The notes under the pieces: model-generated
The model's input: the letters and a program-made list of their open reading frames with translations, nothing else
Database searches by the model: none
Told to the model about the DNA's origin: nothing
Shown here: in pieces, positions 1 to 10,300 of the stretch
Numbering within the stretch: the first letter of the stretch is position 1
Layout: each line of letters starts with the position of its first letter
Sequence record: LC819008.1
Reading direction: 5' to 3' (one strand)
Length of the DNA: 64,000 nt
Made by a program: the position numbers and the translations under genes

Positions 1-237
1 AACGCTCTGGGCCTGGACCCCGAGATCCATTACGTTACGTTGTCGGAGACGACCAACAAGACGTGGGACGATCACGTGGCTCAGGAGAACACACGCACTG
101 CTGCAATCACGGATGGCAATTCGGATTACATCAAGCGTCTGAATGCCGAGGCTGCTTTGACGGCAGCACAAGCCCAGATCGCAGCACTACAGCAAGTCAT
201 CATCGATGCTGGTTTGACCATCCCGACAAGCTCATAA
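1..237 (+). CDS. 3' end of a gene entering from the left edge, probably virion/tail-associated
   Basis: Frame is open from base 1 (NALGLDPEIHYVTLSETTNK...) to TAA at 235-237, so the track's TTG at 40 is not the true start; short coiled-coil-like C-terminus; followed by a hairpin. Confidence 0.55.
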   Translation, partial: NALGLDPEIHYVTLSETTNKTWDDHVAQENTRTAAITDGNSDYIKRLNAEAALTAAQAQIAALQQVIIDAGLTIPTSS

Positions 238-249
238 ACGAAAAAGACT

Positions 250-275
250 CTACTGCTGGCTTCGGCCAGCAGTAG
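250..275. terminator. Stem-loop, probable intrinsic terminator
   Basis: ctactgctggc-TTCG-gccagcagtag, 11-bp stem with UUCG loop directly after the stop at 237. Confidence 0.65.
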
Positions 276-305
276 TGATCTTGTGAATTTAGAATAGAGG
301 CGTAT

Positions 306-965
306 ATGCAAACCGCGATGCTTTTAAAAAAGAAAGCAGCTATAGGGGTGCTGACCAATCTGTTAATGCCGTTTGACGGAAATTTCACAGATCTGGCAGG
401 TAATACTGGCATCACCCAAGCCAACTATAGTTTCTTGACAAACCAGAAGTTCGGACAACAGGCAGTCAAGTTCGGATCGAATGGCGGAGTGACTGTTCCG
501 CTAACATCGAAAATCACTTATGCTGGCGATTTCACAATCGAGACATGGGTATCGATGGGATCGCTAACCGGCGAGCAGATGCTGATTACTGCTGGGGCTG
601 GGTGTTACATCGACTGCTATACGGGCGGTGCCTATAACGGAGGCGCTCCATGTTTTATTGTTTCGATCAATCCGACGAATAGTCATGCGTCAATGATTGT
701 CGTTGGCAATAGCTGGACAGTTGGGACACTCCATCACCTGGCACTTTGTCGCTCGGGTTCAACCGTAACTTTGTACGGCGACGGGGCGGTGAAGGGAACA
801 GTGACCAATACCAACGTGTGGGCGAATTCAAACTGGACGATCGGCAACTACACGTCGTCTCCGCTCTACGGTTTCTCTGGCGGTGTTCAGCAAGTTCGAG
901 CATCGAATGTCTGCCGCTATACCGGACCATTCACGCCGCCGTCTAGCCCGTTCGTTCTCGATTAA
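306..965 (+). CDS. LamG/concanavalin-A-like tail or receptor-binding protein
   Basis: Motifs DFTIETWV, HHLALCRSGSTVTLYGDG and VRASNVCRYTGPFTPP are typical of phage Laminin_G_3 modules; N-terminus MQTAMLLKKKA; SD gagg upstream. Confidence 0.75.
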   Translation: MQTAMLLKKKAAIGVLTNLLMPFDGNFTDLAGNTGITQANYSFLTNQKFGQQAVKFGSNGGVTVPLTSKITYAGDFTIETWVSMGSLTGEQMLITAGAGCYIDCYTGGAYNGGAPCFIVSINPTNSHASMIVVGNSWTVGTLHHLALCRSGSTVTLYGDGAVKGTVTNTNVWANSNWTIGNYTSSPLYGFSGGVQQVRASNVCRYTGPFTPPSSPFVLD

Positions 966-978
966 GTGAAGGCAGAAT

Positions 979-1509
979 ATGCAAGCACTCGCAAAGATAT
1001 CCGGCACTTGGAAAATTGTTAGACAGATCTTCGTCAAACAAGGCGGAGTCTGGAAAACAGTCAAGCAGGGCTACATCAAAAGTGGAGGAGTCTGGAAACT
1101 CTTCTTCACACTGGGTTTTACCGCTCAGCCACAAACCTTCGTTCTCAGTAGTCATGCGGCTAGTACCGATCTTGCTGAAATTAGTTTAACCGGCATGGGG
1201 GTTACGGATCACGGAGCGCTTCTCTCCGATCTGTTCATGTCGCAGAATTACGATAGTGGCGATGAGAACAGTGTAACGTCGTGGACATATCGAATGATGT
1301 ACGATTCTTCGTCTGCGCCGCCTAGTTGGAGTGGGAATCTGAAAGTAACCAACCTGAGCTCAGGTATTTCTGTAACGCTGTCGCCCACAGCGGACCCCAG
1401 AACGTGGTTGCTTCAAATTCCCAGCGATGGTAGTCAGACGTATCCGGTTAGTCCTTACGACAAATGGATACGTGATTCGATGGATACCTATTCAATCAGT
1501 GAAGCATAA
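979..1509 (+). CDS. Tail-fibre-associated protein with N-terminal (K-x-G-G-x-W-K) repeats
   Basis: KISGTWKIV / KQGGVWKTV / KSGGVWKLF repeats followed by a variable domain. Confidence 0.6.
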   Translation: MQALAKISGTWKIVRQIFVKQGGVWKTVKQGYIKSGGVWKLFFTLGFTAQPQTFVLSSHAASTDLAEISLTGMGVTDHGALLSDLFMSQNYDSGDENSVTSWTYRMMYDSSSAPPSWSGNLKVTNLSSGISVTLSPTADPRTWLLQIPSDGSQTYPVSPYDKWIRDSMDTYSISEA

Positions 1510-1511
1510 AG

Positions 1512-1550
1512 ACATAGACTACTCTCCCGTAAGGGAGAGTAGTCGTATGT
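1512..1550. terminator. Bidirectional terminator between convergent genes
   Basis: gactactctccc-GTAA-gggagagtagtc stem between the stops at 1509 (+) and 1551 (-). Confidence 0.8.
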
Positions 1551-4061
1551 TTAACTGATTACCACATGTTCGTTGTAAACGATATTCGTCGGCAACAACA
1601 CGTTGTCCTTACTCAGCACGCAGGTCTGAGCGAGGTTCGACAAAGCACCGTGGTTAGATTCATAGTGAGACACCATGTAGATCTGACCAAAGGCTTGTTC
1701 GTCCAACAACTTCTTAACGAAGTAGATAGCTGCTTGACGATGAGTATCGTCGAACGCTGCTTCGAACTCGTCCAAGAAGAGGGGCAAGTGTCCAAGCCCA
1801 AGTTGCCTCAGCGCACACATCCGGAAAGCGAAATTGAAAATCGCTAGCATCGAAGCAGAGCCCTCCGCTACATCCTTGTTGGGCTTCCCAGTGCGTTCCT
1901 TCCAGAAAGGGAACTTGTAGTCCATCTCCGCCGTACCATCTTCCATTGTGAAAGGCAGGAGTTCGAGGGGATAGGACCATACGGAACCGACGACCTTGTT
2001 CATCCGCGTCACGAAGACGTTGATAAACCGATGCAGCCCTTCGGCTATGGCACCATTCGTTGGAGACAGAGCGATGTGGGCCGCTTTCGCGATCCGCTCG
2101 TTCATATGTGCTTCCTCCAGCTGATGGGTGATTTCGTCGACCACATACTGCTGCTGAGTAGCAACGTTCAATGCGTCTTCTTTTCTCGCCAGCTGGGTCT
2201 GCAAGGACATGATGAGATACCACAGCAACTCCTGATATCTGGAATAGATGTAATCCCTGGCATACTTGGATTGCATCTGTGTGTTGTTGAGCAACTGTTC
2301 GTTCAGTTTGGCATTCCGATCGTAAGCTGCGATCAGATTCTCAAACGTCGTTACTTCGTCCTGAAGAGTACGGAGCTTCTGGGTCTGGATGCCCATGGTC
2401 TCCTCGATGTGACGCAGTTCTTTCTCGATAGATTCGAGCGAGTCTGCATCCATGTTCTTCTTCAGAGCGATTTGCTCCAACGCATGAGTTATGACCTTAG
2501 CCGCACGCTGCATGTCGATCTGGTGATCCAGATCACTACCAACAGAATGCAAGTCATGAACGATCGTCTGCGGATACAACTTGAGACGATTGTTTTGAGT
2601 GATCTCGTTGAAGTACGCCGACAGAACAGGAGCCGAGCGCATCAGCATGACTACAGCACGGAAGTTCGTGAAGTATTCATTGGCTTCAGCCAGATGCTTG
2701 GCGCGATTCTCACGAATACGCCAGATCGTGTCGAGCCTTTCCTGCAAACTCTTAACGATCCCTTCAGCCTTAACGAGATCTTCTTCGGATGCCTGATTGA
2801 GCCATTTGTGATGGCACGACGGACATTCGATCGAATCCTGCTGAACATGAGAGCGACGATGTGCTATATCCTCCGTCAGACGGGCTATACGGGCCCTCAG
2901 AGGTCCTGCTTCAGCATCGATCTCACGGATGGACTCTTCGTACTTCTGAACGCGCTCAGGCGTGAATACGCCGTCGTTAGCGACCAGACGGTTCAGAGCT
3001 TCGACCAGATCCGACTGCAATTCAAGGAAAGCTTCCTTGGCTTGTTGAGCATCTGACGGAGGCGTGATCTTGTTGAATACCAGATAGTTGGCCTTGAACG
3101 CGATTTCGTCCTGTGCGTCCTTAACCTTCTTTTCCAGTTCGGCAATCGATTCAGTCCCTGCCTTGATCATCAAGTCGTACTTCTTCTTGATGCGGGTATG
3201 ATCCGTAAACAAGTGCTGGGACAGTTGCTGGGTCGAATGGATCTGAAGCTTAGCGGCATCCCGTGCTTCCACGAGTTCGTCGCGAGTCTCGTAGCCGCAG
3301 TTCTCCAGCATCGTGTTGTTCAGGCGATCGACTTCATTACAAGCCGTCTGAAGCATCTGATCGAGACCCGCCATCTGCGTCATGATTGCATCGGGCTTTT
3401 CAGCCTGAGCATTGCGCATGCCGTAGATTTCCTGGATCAGCTTCTTGATCTCATCGGTCTCTTCTTTCATCTGCGCAACGACGGTTTTGTCGATGAGTTT
3501 GTTGGTCTCATCGACTTGTCGTTTTTGCAAACGCTTGATCATGCCTTGAGCATCACGGTGTTGATCCTGAAGCTTCTTGTACGCACTCATGGCATACGTG
3601 AAGTCAGTGTCGGCCAGACGGATCATCCAGTAGCGACGACGGCTAGGACTCATCTCCGTCAGCTTCTCATAACCGAGAGCGAGACTACGGATCTCTTCCG
3701 TTACGCCGAAATGCTCCAGACATAGAGCGCGGCACATTTCGATCTTGTAACCATCGTTCAGTTCAATACCGTCGACGATAAATTCGTGCTTCGGTTTATT
3801 GTTCTCGAACGTGGAGATGATCTGGTATTGCTTGCCGTTGTACGTGCACTGAAAATCTTTCTTGCCTCCAACGCCGAAATCGTCTTTGTTGGCGGGCAGG
3901 GGCCAGAGTTCATGCATGAAAGAACTCTTGCCAGCACCATTGGTGCCGAGAATTGTTTGGAGAGCATAAGCGGAGTCAGGAGTAAACAGAATCCGACTTC
4001 CGGTTAGGCTCATGCGGATATAGTTCACGAGTTCTACGCTCGTGATAATCATCTTGCTCAT
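1551..4061 (-). CDS. sbcC: SbcC/Rad50-like SMC ATPase
   Basis: Walker A GTNGAGKSS, long coiled coil with central CPSC zinc hook, signature AEGSASM, Walker B LFLDEFE, H-loop VSH. Confidence 0.9.
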   Translation of the reverse strand: MSKMIITSVELVNYIRMSLTGSRILFTPDSAYALQTILGTNGAGKSSFMHELWPLPANKDDFGVGGKKDFQCTYNGKQYQIISTFENNKPKHEFIVDGIELNDGYKIEMCRALCLEHFGVTEEIRSLALGYEKLTEMSPSRRRYWMIRLADTDFTYAMSAYKKLQDQHRDAQGMIKRLQKRQVDETNKLIDKTVVAQMKEETDEIKKLIQEIYGMRNAQAEKPDAIMTQMAGLDQMLQTACNEVDRLNNTMLENCGYETRDELVEARDAAKLQIHSTQQLSQHLFTDHTRIKKKYDLMIKAGTESIAELEKKVKDAQDEIAFKANYLVFNKITPPSDAQQAKEAFLELQSDLVEALNRLVANDGVFTPERVQKYEESIREIDAEAGPLRARIARLTEDIAHRRSHVQQDSIECPSCHHKWLNQASEEDLVKAEGIVKSLQERLDTIWRIRENRAKHLAEANEYFTNFRAVVMLMRSAPVLSAYFNEITQNNRLKLYPQTIVHDLHSVGSDLDHQIDMQRAAKVITHALEQIALKKNMDADSLESIEKELRHIEETMGIQTQKLRTLQDEVTTFENLIAAYDRNAKLNEQLLNNTQMQSKYARDYIYSRYQELLWYLIMSLQTQLARKEDALNVATQQQYVVDEITHQLEEAHMNERIAKAAHIALSPTNGAIAEGLHRFINVFVTRMNKVVGSVWSYPLELLPFTMEDGTAEMDYKFPFWKERTGKPNKDVAEGSASMLAIFNFAFRMCALRQLGLGHLPLFLDEFEAAFDDTHRQAAIYFVKKLLDEQAFGQIYMVSHYESNHGALSNLAQTCVLSKDNVLLPTNIVYNEHVVIS

Positions 4062-4127
4062 TCACGTCCTCTTGTTGGACAGCGGGTACAGATAATACGA
4101 TCAACTGATAAATTTTTAGGAACCAAT

Positions 4128-5129
4128 ATGGCTGCGGATACTCCGGCAAATTCGACGCCCGGAACACCTGACCCCACTGGGTCCAAGTTTCATTTCTATT
4201 CTTTCGGGATCGTTGGCGCAAACAAGCCTCGTCATGAGGGCGACGGTCCTTGCATGATGATCGAAGTCTTCCCGCAAGAGAAGTTCACTATGTCGGCTGG
4301 TGAAATCACCGACAACGTGGAGAAGATCGATGTTAAAGGTCAAGACGCTAGTGGCCAGGATTATCAAGGCAAGATCGAGTCGAAGCCGACCATCACTGCC
4401 ATGTGGCTGCCTATCGGAGAGCCAAATCGAGTTACTCCTCCAGACGTACGGCGTAACGAGATGGTCATCATCTATCGATACGCCGACACTCAGTACTACT
4501 TCTGGTCAACCGCTTTCAACAATACCCTACGGAAACTGGAAACTGTAACCCACTGGTATTCTGGCACACCGGACGATGGTCCGAATGCAGATACGGAACG
4601 AACTGCTGACAACGGCTACATCGTTGAAGTGTCCACGCACGACGGTCATATCCTGATCTCGACGTCCAAGAAGAACGGCGAGAAGTGTCGTTACACATGT
4701 GCTTTCGACACCAAGAACGGCAAGTTCAATCTGGAAGACGATCTGGGTAACGAGATCGAACTCGATTCGGTTGCAGGCGTCATGACTGCTACGACGGAAA
4801 ACCAGATCATTCACAACACGAAGAAGTTCACCTCGAATTGTGAAGAGTTTGAAGTGAATGCTTCCAAGAGCGTTCAGTTCAATACGCCTAAGACCGGTAT
4901 GTCTCAAGACATGCAAGTGGATGGCAATTCGCTTCAGAAGGGTTTCGCCAACTTCACGACTGGTATTGGTGGTGGTGGATCTGGCGACACTGGCGCAGAC
5001 CTGGAGTTCAAGGGCAACGTTCAACAGACGGGTTCCTGGACAACCAACGGCAAACAGACCATCAATGGCGAAATCGTCGTTCATGGCACAGGTACTTTCG
5101 ACGGCAACGTCAACGCACCGAACGTGTAA
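4128..5129 (+). CDS. Baseplate central spike / tail-tip protein (phiKZ gp164-like, inferred)
   Basis: N-terminal OB-fold-like region (AMWLPIGEPNRVTPPDVRRNEMV) then beta-helix-like C-terminus ending GNVNAPNV; adjacent to SbcC as in phiKZ-like phages. Confidence 0.65.
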   Translation: MAADTPANSTPGTPDPTGSKFHFYSFGIVGANKPRHEGDGPCMMIEVFPQEKFTMSAGEITDNVEKIDVKGQDASGQDYQGKIESKPTITAMWLPIGEPNRVTPPDVRRNEMVIIYRYADTQYYFWSTAFNNTLRKLETVTHWYSGTPDDGPNADTERTADNGYIVEVSTHDGHILISTSKKNGEKCRYTCAFDTKNGKFNLEDDLGNEIELDSVAGVMTATTENQIIHNTKKFTSNCEEFEVNASKSVQFNTPKTGMSQDMQVDGNSLQKGFANFTTGIGGGGSGDTGADLEFKGNVQQTGSWTTNGKQTINGEIVVHGTGTFDGNVNAPNV

Positions 5130-5170
5130 ACATAGACTACAGAGAGGGCGCAAGCCCTCTCTGTATGTCT
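5130..5170. terminator. Bidirectional terminator
   Basis: tacagagagggc-GCAA-gccctctctgta between convergent stops at 5129 and 5172. Confidence 0.8.
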
Positions 5171-5171
5171 G

Positions 5172-6449
5172 TTATGCCACCTGGATCTGAATCTCTTCTT
5201 CGATGAGTTTCACGAACATGGCGTCACCCAGTGTCCCTGCTTTACCCATCCACATCTGGTTATCCACTGCTACCCGATCATCCGAGCCAACAGTGTTGAA
5301 CAGATAGTTTCGTTTGAATGTGTCGTGGCAGCGCAGCATCCAGCCACCAGCCTCGTATTGCGACCAGTAGACTTCGTGCTTGCCTTCCCCCGTGACCAGA
5401 GGCCACTTAGGTTCTTCCCACGACATGAACGTGTGGGGAACGGTTTGCTTTTCCGGATAGGTACGCTCGACCACCAGATTCGACGTATCGAGCAACACCA
5501 TGAAAGACTGGCTCATGGTGAAGTAGTTCTGGAGGTAAGCCTGCGACTTGAATTGCTGAGCGATCACCCAATTCGGATTGTCGACCTGATGCTGGATGTT
5601 GAACGCCGAGAAGTCCAGATACGGCTCGCTCTCGAAGTAACGCTCCAGGAACGGATACTTGAACGTCTTGAATGTCAGCACGTTCGTATTGGTGAGCAAC
5701 ACCTGATCGTTATCCGGCAAGAGCATGTAGCCGCCGAGTATCAGGATGGGCGTCTTCACACACAGATCACATTCGGTGAATTCGATGTGGACCTTGTCGA
5801 CCAGACCCGTATCCGGATTCAGATCGAACGACAGCATGTCAGGCGTGATTGCATGGATGTCGAACATACCGAAAGTAGCGAACGACAGAAGACCCAGTTG
5901 ATTCGCACCTGACTTCATCCGCGACTTGTTGCCGTCGATGATGTAATAGCCTTTCGAGTCTGCCGCTGAGTTATGGTAGAAACCATTCACGTTGGGCAGG
6001 ATCTTCGAGCGCATGGAGACGTAGTCGAAACCCTGCTGATCGCCAGGACTGTCAGGCTTCACAACGACGTGAGGTTTCTGTTCCTGAGTCAACTCCACAC
6101 CTGCTCCGACCATGTAGTCGATGGAGTCTGCCCAGAAGTCAGCTTCCCACAAATCGCTGAAGATTGCGTTGTTTCGAACGATGACCGGACTACCTACGAC
6201 CGTAGGTAAAGTTTTATTGCCATTCGCGGTCAGATAGTCTGAAATCGTCCCCACATTGGCTTGGATGCCAGCAGCAACGTTTTCCAGATCCAGCGTCAAT
6301 TCCGTGTCGGTGATTCCGTCCGTCAAGACGACGTAGATCTGGCGGTATTTGGTCAGGAGAGTGCTGGTTTGAACAGTCGAAATGTCGACTTCCGCCCAGC
6401 GTTTATTTGTGCCGGGTTCCACGGCGAGAGCACGAACGAAGGTGTACAT
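5172..6449 (-). CDS. Virion structural protein, phiKZ-like conserved
   Basis: 425-aa ORF with genome-typical codon use; N-terminus MYTFVRALAV...WAEVDIS resembles phiKZ-family structural proteins next to the tail-tip gene (recognition from memory, not a search). Confidence 0.6.
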   Translation of the reverse strand: MYTFVRALAVEPGTNKRWAEVDISTVQTSTLLTKYRQIYVVLTDGITDTELTLDLENVAAGIQANVGTISDYLTANGNKTLPTVVGSPVIVRNNAIFSDLWEADFWADSIDYMVGAGVELTQEQKPHVVVKPDSPGDQQGFDYVSMRSKILPNVNGFYHNSAADSKGYYIIDGNKSRMKSGANQLGLLSFATFGMFDIHAITPDMLSFDLNPDTGLVDKVHIEFTECDLCVKTPILILGGYMLLPDNDQVLLTNTNVLTFKTFKYPFLERYFESEPYLDFSAFNIQHQVDNPNWVIAQQFKSQAYLQNYFTMSQSFMVLLDTSNLVVERTYPEKQTVPHTFMSWEEPKWPLVTGEGKHEVYWSQYEAGGWMLRCHDTFKRNYLFNTVGSDDRVAVDNQMWMGKAGTLGDAMFVKLIEEEIQIQVA

Positions 6450-6535
6450 AAATTCCTCTCTCTTGACCCTGGGGGGTCAAGAATAATATGACCTCAAAAT
6501 TAAAGTTTTATCTTATTTAACCGGAGAAAGCAGTT

Positions 6536-8611
6536 ATGTCCGATCCCGTGACTAGCTATCCGTTTGACCCCACAGGGCAGGCGGCTAGCAACCGAATCGT
6601 GGATGAACAGATCGTCGTCCTCCCTCCGGGTGACCGACTGTTCCAGTTCGCCATGCCTGTCTTCTGTCCTTTCTTCGAGGAAGGACACTCACTGAAGCTG
6701 CGTGATATCAATAACAACGTCACACCATTAGTAATGGGTGTCGACTATTACCTCAGTCACAAGTTCATGGATGCCTCCTTGGCTACCATGCACCCGATCT
6801 GGGGTTCGGTCAGCTTTCTGAAGCCGATCAGCGGTGTTCTGCTGATGACGTACAACACCCTCGGTGGTGATTGGACGATCGATCAGGCGACGATTACCGA
6901 AATCCTGATGAACACGAGCCAGAACCCGCGAATCACCACGTGGGAACAGGTCGTGGAACGTCCGGTGGATTTCCCGGTGATCGATCACCCGTGGGATCTC
7001 GCAGATATGGTTGGCATGTCGGAAATCTACGGCGTGCTGGAGAACTTCTACACCGCTTACCTCGCGTCTTTGGACCCGAATGGTGGCGGTGGCGGTTCCT
7101 CGATCATCATCGATCACATCAACAACAAGAACAACCCTCACCAGGTGACGGCGGCTCAGGCCGGTGCTTACAGCACGCTCCAGATCGACACGATGCTGGG
7201 CGGCTATGTCAAGACTACTGGTACTGCTGCGAACTCGACCCAGTTCAACGGGAAGACGTACGCTCAGATGCTCACTGACGTGGCTGGGGTGAAGGTCGCA
7301 AACGCCGCCGCTGCAGACAATGCAACACATGCTGTCACGGCTGATACGGCAACGAACGCCAACGCGCTCGGCAACAAGAGCCTGTCTCAGCTGATGACTG
7401 ACGTCGCAGCTACGAAGGTGGCAAACGCTGCTCACGCAGACAATGCCGACCACGCAACGAACGCTGACCTGGCTACCAACTCCAACCAGTTGGGTGGCCA
7501 GTCGCTGACCCAGGTACTCGCCGCGGCTCAGGCTCAAACGGCTGCAGACTCCGCCAAATTCAACGGCAAGAACTATGCTGATGCAAAGGCAGACATTCTT
7601 TCCGGACAGGCAGCAGACTCGGCTCTGTTCAACGGTCAAACGTTGGCAGAGATCATGGCAACGCTCCAGCAAGCTACGGGCGACGCCAGCACGCTGAATG
7701 GCAAGTCGTATACCGACATCATGGCGGCAGTGAAGACCACCAAGGTCGACAATGCTACCAGTGCGGATACGGCAGCCAACGCAACAGCACTCGGCGGCCA
7801 GACACTCTCGCAGATTCTGACGTCGGTGGCAGGTGTGGTTCCTGACCTGGCGCACAACTCGGAAGCTGTGTACGGCTACACGTTCGACCAGCTGGTCACC
7901 GCTATCGGACAAAGCACGACCTGGGTGAACGGCCTCGACTACCTGTGCGTTGATCTCGATCTGGAACATGCCACGTTGCAGTCGCCGGCGAATGGCGGTA
8001 CGGTTGACAATTCGTACCACTACCTGTATGTCGGTTCGTTCCCGATTCCGACGACGGGTTCCAGCAACCAGTACTACGACCCGACTCAAGAGCTTTATAG
8101 CTCATCGATGGACTTCTTCATCTACGGTCAGTCGAAGACTCAGCGTCTGCGTGCAAACTTGCAGGTGAACGCCGACAACAAGACGATGGGCATCACGTAC
8201 TACAATGATACCGGACTGGATGTATCGGTCGCGGGTCTGGGCTTCCGCACGGTTGCCAGTACGCTGAAGTCCTCGGATAACTCGCAGACGGCAAACGTCA
8301 ACGAAGTTTATCTGAAAGTCAAGACGAGCGAAAACGTCCGTCGTGTTGGTATCTTCCAATTCACGAAGAACAGCTTCGTCATCGACGAATCTGAATCGCT
8401 GAGTCTCTACGACTCGACGTTCGTGAATCTGAATGGCGTGACCTGGGTCAATCCGAGTCAAACCGCTCAGGAAGCCGCAAACGCTGCTGCTGTTACGGCA
8501 GAAGCTTCGGCACGTGGAACTGCTGATGCGGCAATCCGCACGGACACTCAGGCAGCGCTGGACGCACTGGCTGATCAGATCAACTCTCTCACCAGCACTC
8601 CGGCTGCTTAA
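6536..8611 (+). CDS. Tail fibre protein (phiKZ gp131-family N-terminus)
   Basis: YPFDPTG...N-x-I-x-x-E N-terminus, HINNKNNPHQVTAAQ motif, Ala/Asn-rich repeats (NS-x-Q-F/L-N/G-G-K/Q-T/S) and a distinct C-terminal domain. Confidence 0.75.
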   Translation: MSDPVTSYPFDPTGQAASNRIVDEQIVVLPPGDRLFQFAMPVFCPFFEEGHSLKLRDINNNVTPLVMGVDYYLSHKFMDASLATMHPIWGSVSFLKPISGVLLMTYNTLGGDWTIDQATITEILMNTSQNPRITTWEQVVERPVDFPVIDHPWDLADMVGMSEIYGVLENFYTAYLASLDPNGGGGGSSIIIDHINNKNNPHQVTAAQAGAYSTLQIDTMLGGYVKTTGTAANSTQFNGKTYAQMLTDVAGVKVANAAAADNATHAVTADTATNANALGNKSLSQLMTDVAATKVANAAHADNADHATNADLATNSNQLGGQSLTQVLAAAQAQTAADSAKFNGKNYADAKADILSGQAADSALFNGQTLAEIMATLQQATGDASTLNGKSYTDIMAAVKTTKVDNATSADTAANATALGGQTLSQILTSVAGVVPDLAHNSEAVYGYTFDQLVTAIGQSTTWVNGLDYLCVDLDLEHATLQSPANGGTVDNSYHYLYVGSFPIPTTGSSNQYYDPTQELYSSSMDFFIYGQSKTQRLRANLQVNADNKTMGITYYNDTGLDVSVAGLGFRTVASTLKSSDNSQTANVNEVYLKVKTSENVRRVGIFQFTKNSFVIDESESLSLYDSTFVNLNGVTWVNPSQTAQEAANAAAVTAEASARGTADAAIRTDTQAALDALADQINSLTSTPAA

Positions 8612-8622
8612 TCTGAGGAATC

Positions 8623-9744
8623 ATGAGCGACGTCAACATCACTCCCGTCTCACATGTTTTCGACGAGACCGGCACCCTTGCCGAGAACTACGTCGAGAAC
8701 GAACAACGAGATCTGGCACAGCGCAACATCCGCGCTGCTTGCACGCGATACGGTGCTTTCTTCATCGAATCGTTCAAGATCCGGGACGCCAACGGCAATC
8801 CGCTTGCGGCGAACCAATACCAGTTTGGCCTGTTCGCAGAAGAACTGTCCGAAAAGACCGGTAAGGAAATCGCAGGTGCGGTGATCATCACCGACCCGGC
8901 AGTGATTTCGCCTGTCTTCATGGACTACCAATGTGTCGGTGGTCCGTGGGGCGCAACCAACGAGCAGATCATCGATCTGTTCACGGCGTTGATGTCTGAC
9001 GACCGTCCTGTGACGTGGCCGAACATTCTGGGTAAACCGGATGGCTTCAAGCCCGCTCACCACTTCCAGGACATCGGTGACCTCTTCGGTGCCGAGTACT
9101 TCGTCAATGCGCTGGAGCGTCTGACTAACGCGTACCTCATGGGCGACAATGCGTCGCACGATGAGATTCTGCGTAACATCGATCAGCTGCGTCAGGACAT
9201 GAATCAGGGCTTGACTGACCTGAGCAATGCTCTGAAGGCATACGCGGATGCAGGTGATGCACGTGTTCAGGCTAACCTGGATAACGAAGCACAAATCCGC
9301 GCTCAGGCTGATACGACGCTCCAGGGCAACATCAACACGGAAGCGACGACTCGCGGCAATGCCGACACGACTCTGCAGAACAACATCAACGCCGCGATCA
9401 CGCATGCGGATAACGGCGATGCTGCACTTCAGCAGAACATCAACTCGGAAGCCACGGCCCGTCAGAACGCCGACACGGCACTCAATACGAGTATCAATTC
9501 GGTGAACACGGCTCTCGCCACTCACGTGGCCGCAAAGGGCAACGTGCACAGCCTGACACCTGCGCAGCTGGGCGTCTATACGACTGCTCAGGTGGACGCA
9601 CTGATTGCTCAGATCAACAACCAGCTGACCGGCTATGTCAAGAAGAATGCCGGCGAAGACACCTCGCTTACCGTGAGCGGCGGTGTGTTGTATGGCTGGG
9701 TGGGTGGTAACTGGCGTGCAGTTTGGCCGCCCCAGTGGCAATAA
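8623..9744 (+). CDS. Tail fibre protein, paralog of 6536 at the N-terminus
   Basis: VFDETGTLAENYVENE start, WPNILGKP...PAHH motif, E-A-x-x-R-x-N-A-D-T-x-L coiled-coil repeats, HVAAKGNVHSLTPAQLG, Trp-rich tip GWVGGNWRAVWPPQWQ. Confidence 0.75.
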   Translation: MSDVNITPVSHVFDETGTLAENYVENEQRDLAQRNIRAACTRYGAFFIESFKIRDANGNPLAANQYQFGLFAEELSEKTGKEIAGAVIITDPAVISPVFMDYQCVGGPWGATNEQIIDLFTALMSDDRPVTWPNILGKPDGFKPAHHFQDIGDLFGAEYFVNALERLTNAYLMGDNASHDEILRNIDQLRQDMNQGLTDLSNALKAYADAGDARVQANLDNEAQIRAQADTTLQGNINTEATTRGNADTTLQNNINAAITHADNGDAALQQNINSEATARQNADTALNTSINSVNTALATHVAAKGNVHSLTPAQLGVYTTAQVDALIAQINNQLTGYVKKNAGEDTSLTVSGGVLYGWVGGNWRAVWPPQWQ

Positions 9745-9809
9745 AGGGCTGGTAACAAAATAAAAAGCAATAAGCCGTCGGGATATAGTGACTCTATAGG
9801 GGATTGATC

Positions 9810-10298
9810 ATGACCATAGTCTTGAGACATATCTCGTTGGATGATCTACATCTCGACGAGCTGCTGTTTTCGCCGTATCCGTACGAACAACAGATGGTGA
9901 AGTACATCACTGCTGACGGACGACAACTTACGCCGAATGATGCTTCTGAAGTTGGTACCATGAAGCAGTTCGGTACGATCAAAATCGAAGGCATGGAAAA
10001 GATCTCGAAGAAGGTCTTTGATGCTATTAAGAAGTTCTCGCATGATGGTCCTTTGACCTGTCATGTCTTTATCGCAGCTGAAGGTGCCCCCAGTTTTCCG
10101 GATCACACCGATCCGGACGACGTCATGCTTTATGTCGTCGATGGAATAAAAACGGTAATCATTGATGGTACGGCCCATGTTCTGAACGCCGGCCAGTCCA
10201 TTTATATTCCCGCTGGTGTGGTACACCGTGCAATCAACACTTCCTCCTCAGTGATGATGAGCATCGGCTTTGAATCCTACATTGTGGAGAAACTTTAA
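9810..10298 (+). CDS. JmjC/Cupin_4-like Fe(II)/2OG oxygenase
   Basis: SFPDHTDPDDV (HxD), VDGIK, YIPAGVVHRA (distal His); ATG at 9810 after SD agggga. Confidence 0.8.
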   Translation: MTIVLRHISLDDLHLDELLFSPYPYEQQMVKYITADGRQLTPNDASEVGTMKQFGTIKIEGMEKISKKVFDAIKKFSHDGPLTCHVFIAAEGAPSFPDHTDPDDVMLYVVDGIKTVIIDGTAHVLNAGQSIYIPAGVVHRAINTSSSVMMSIGFESYIVEKL

Positions 10299-10300
10299 AA

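Noticed and set aside
9784-9802. Resemblance to T7/SP6 promoter cores (GACTCTATAGGG here; GACACTATAG on the minus strand near 21772)
   Set aside because: Partial matches only, upstream specificity bases are missing, and no single-subunit RNAP is present; likely chance.
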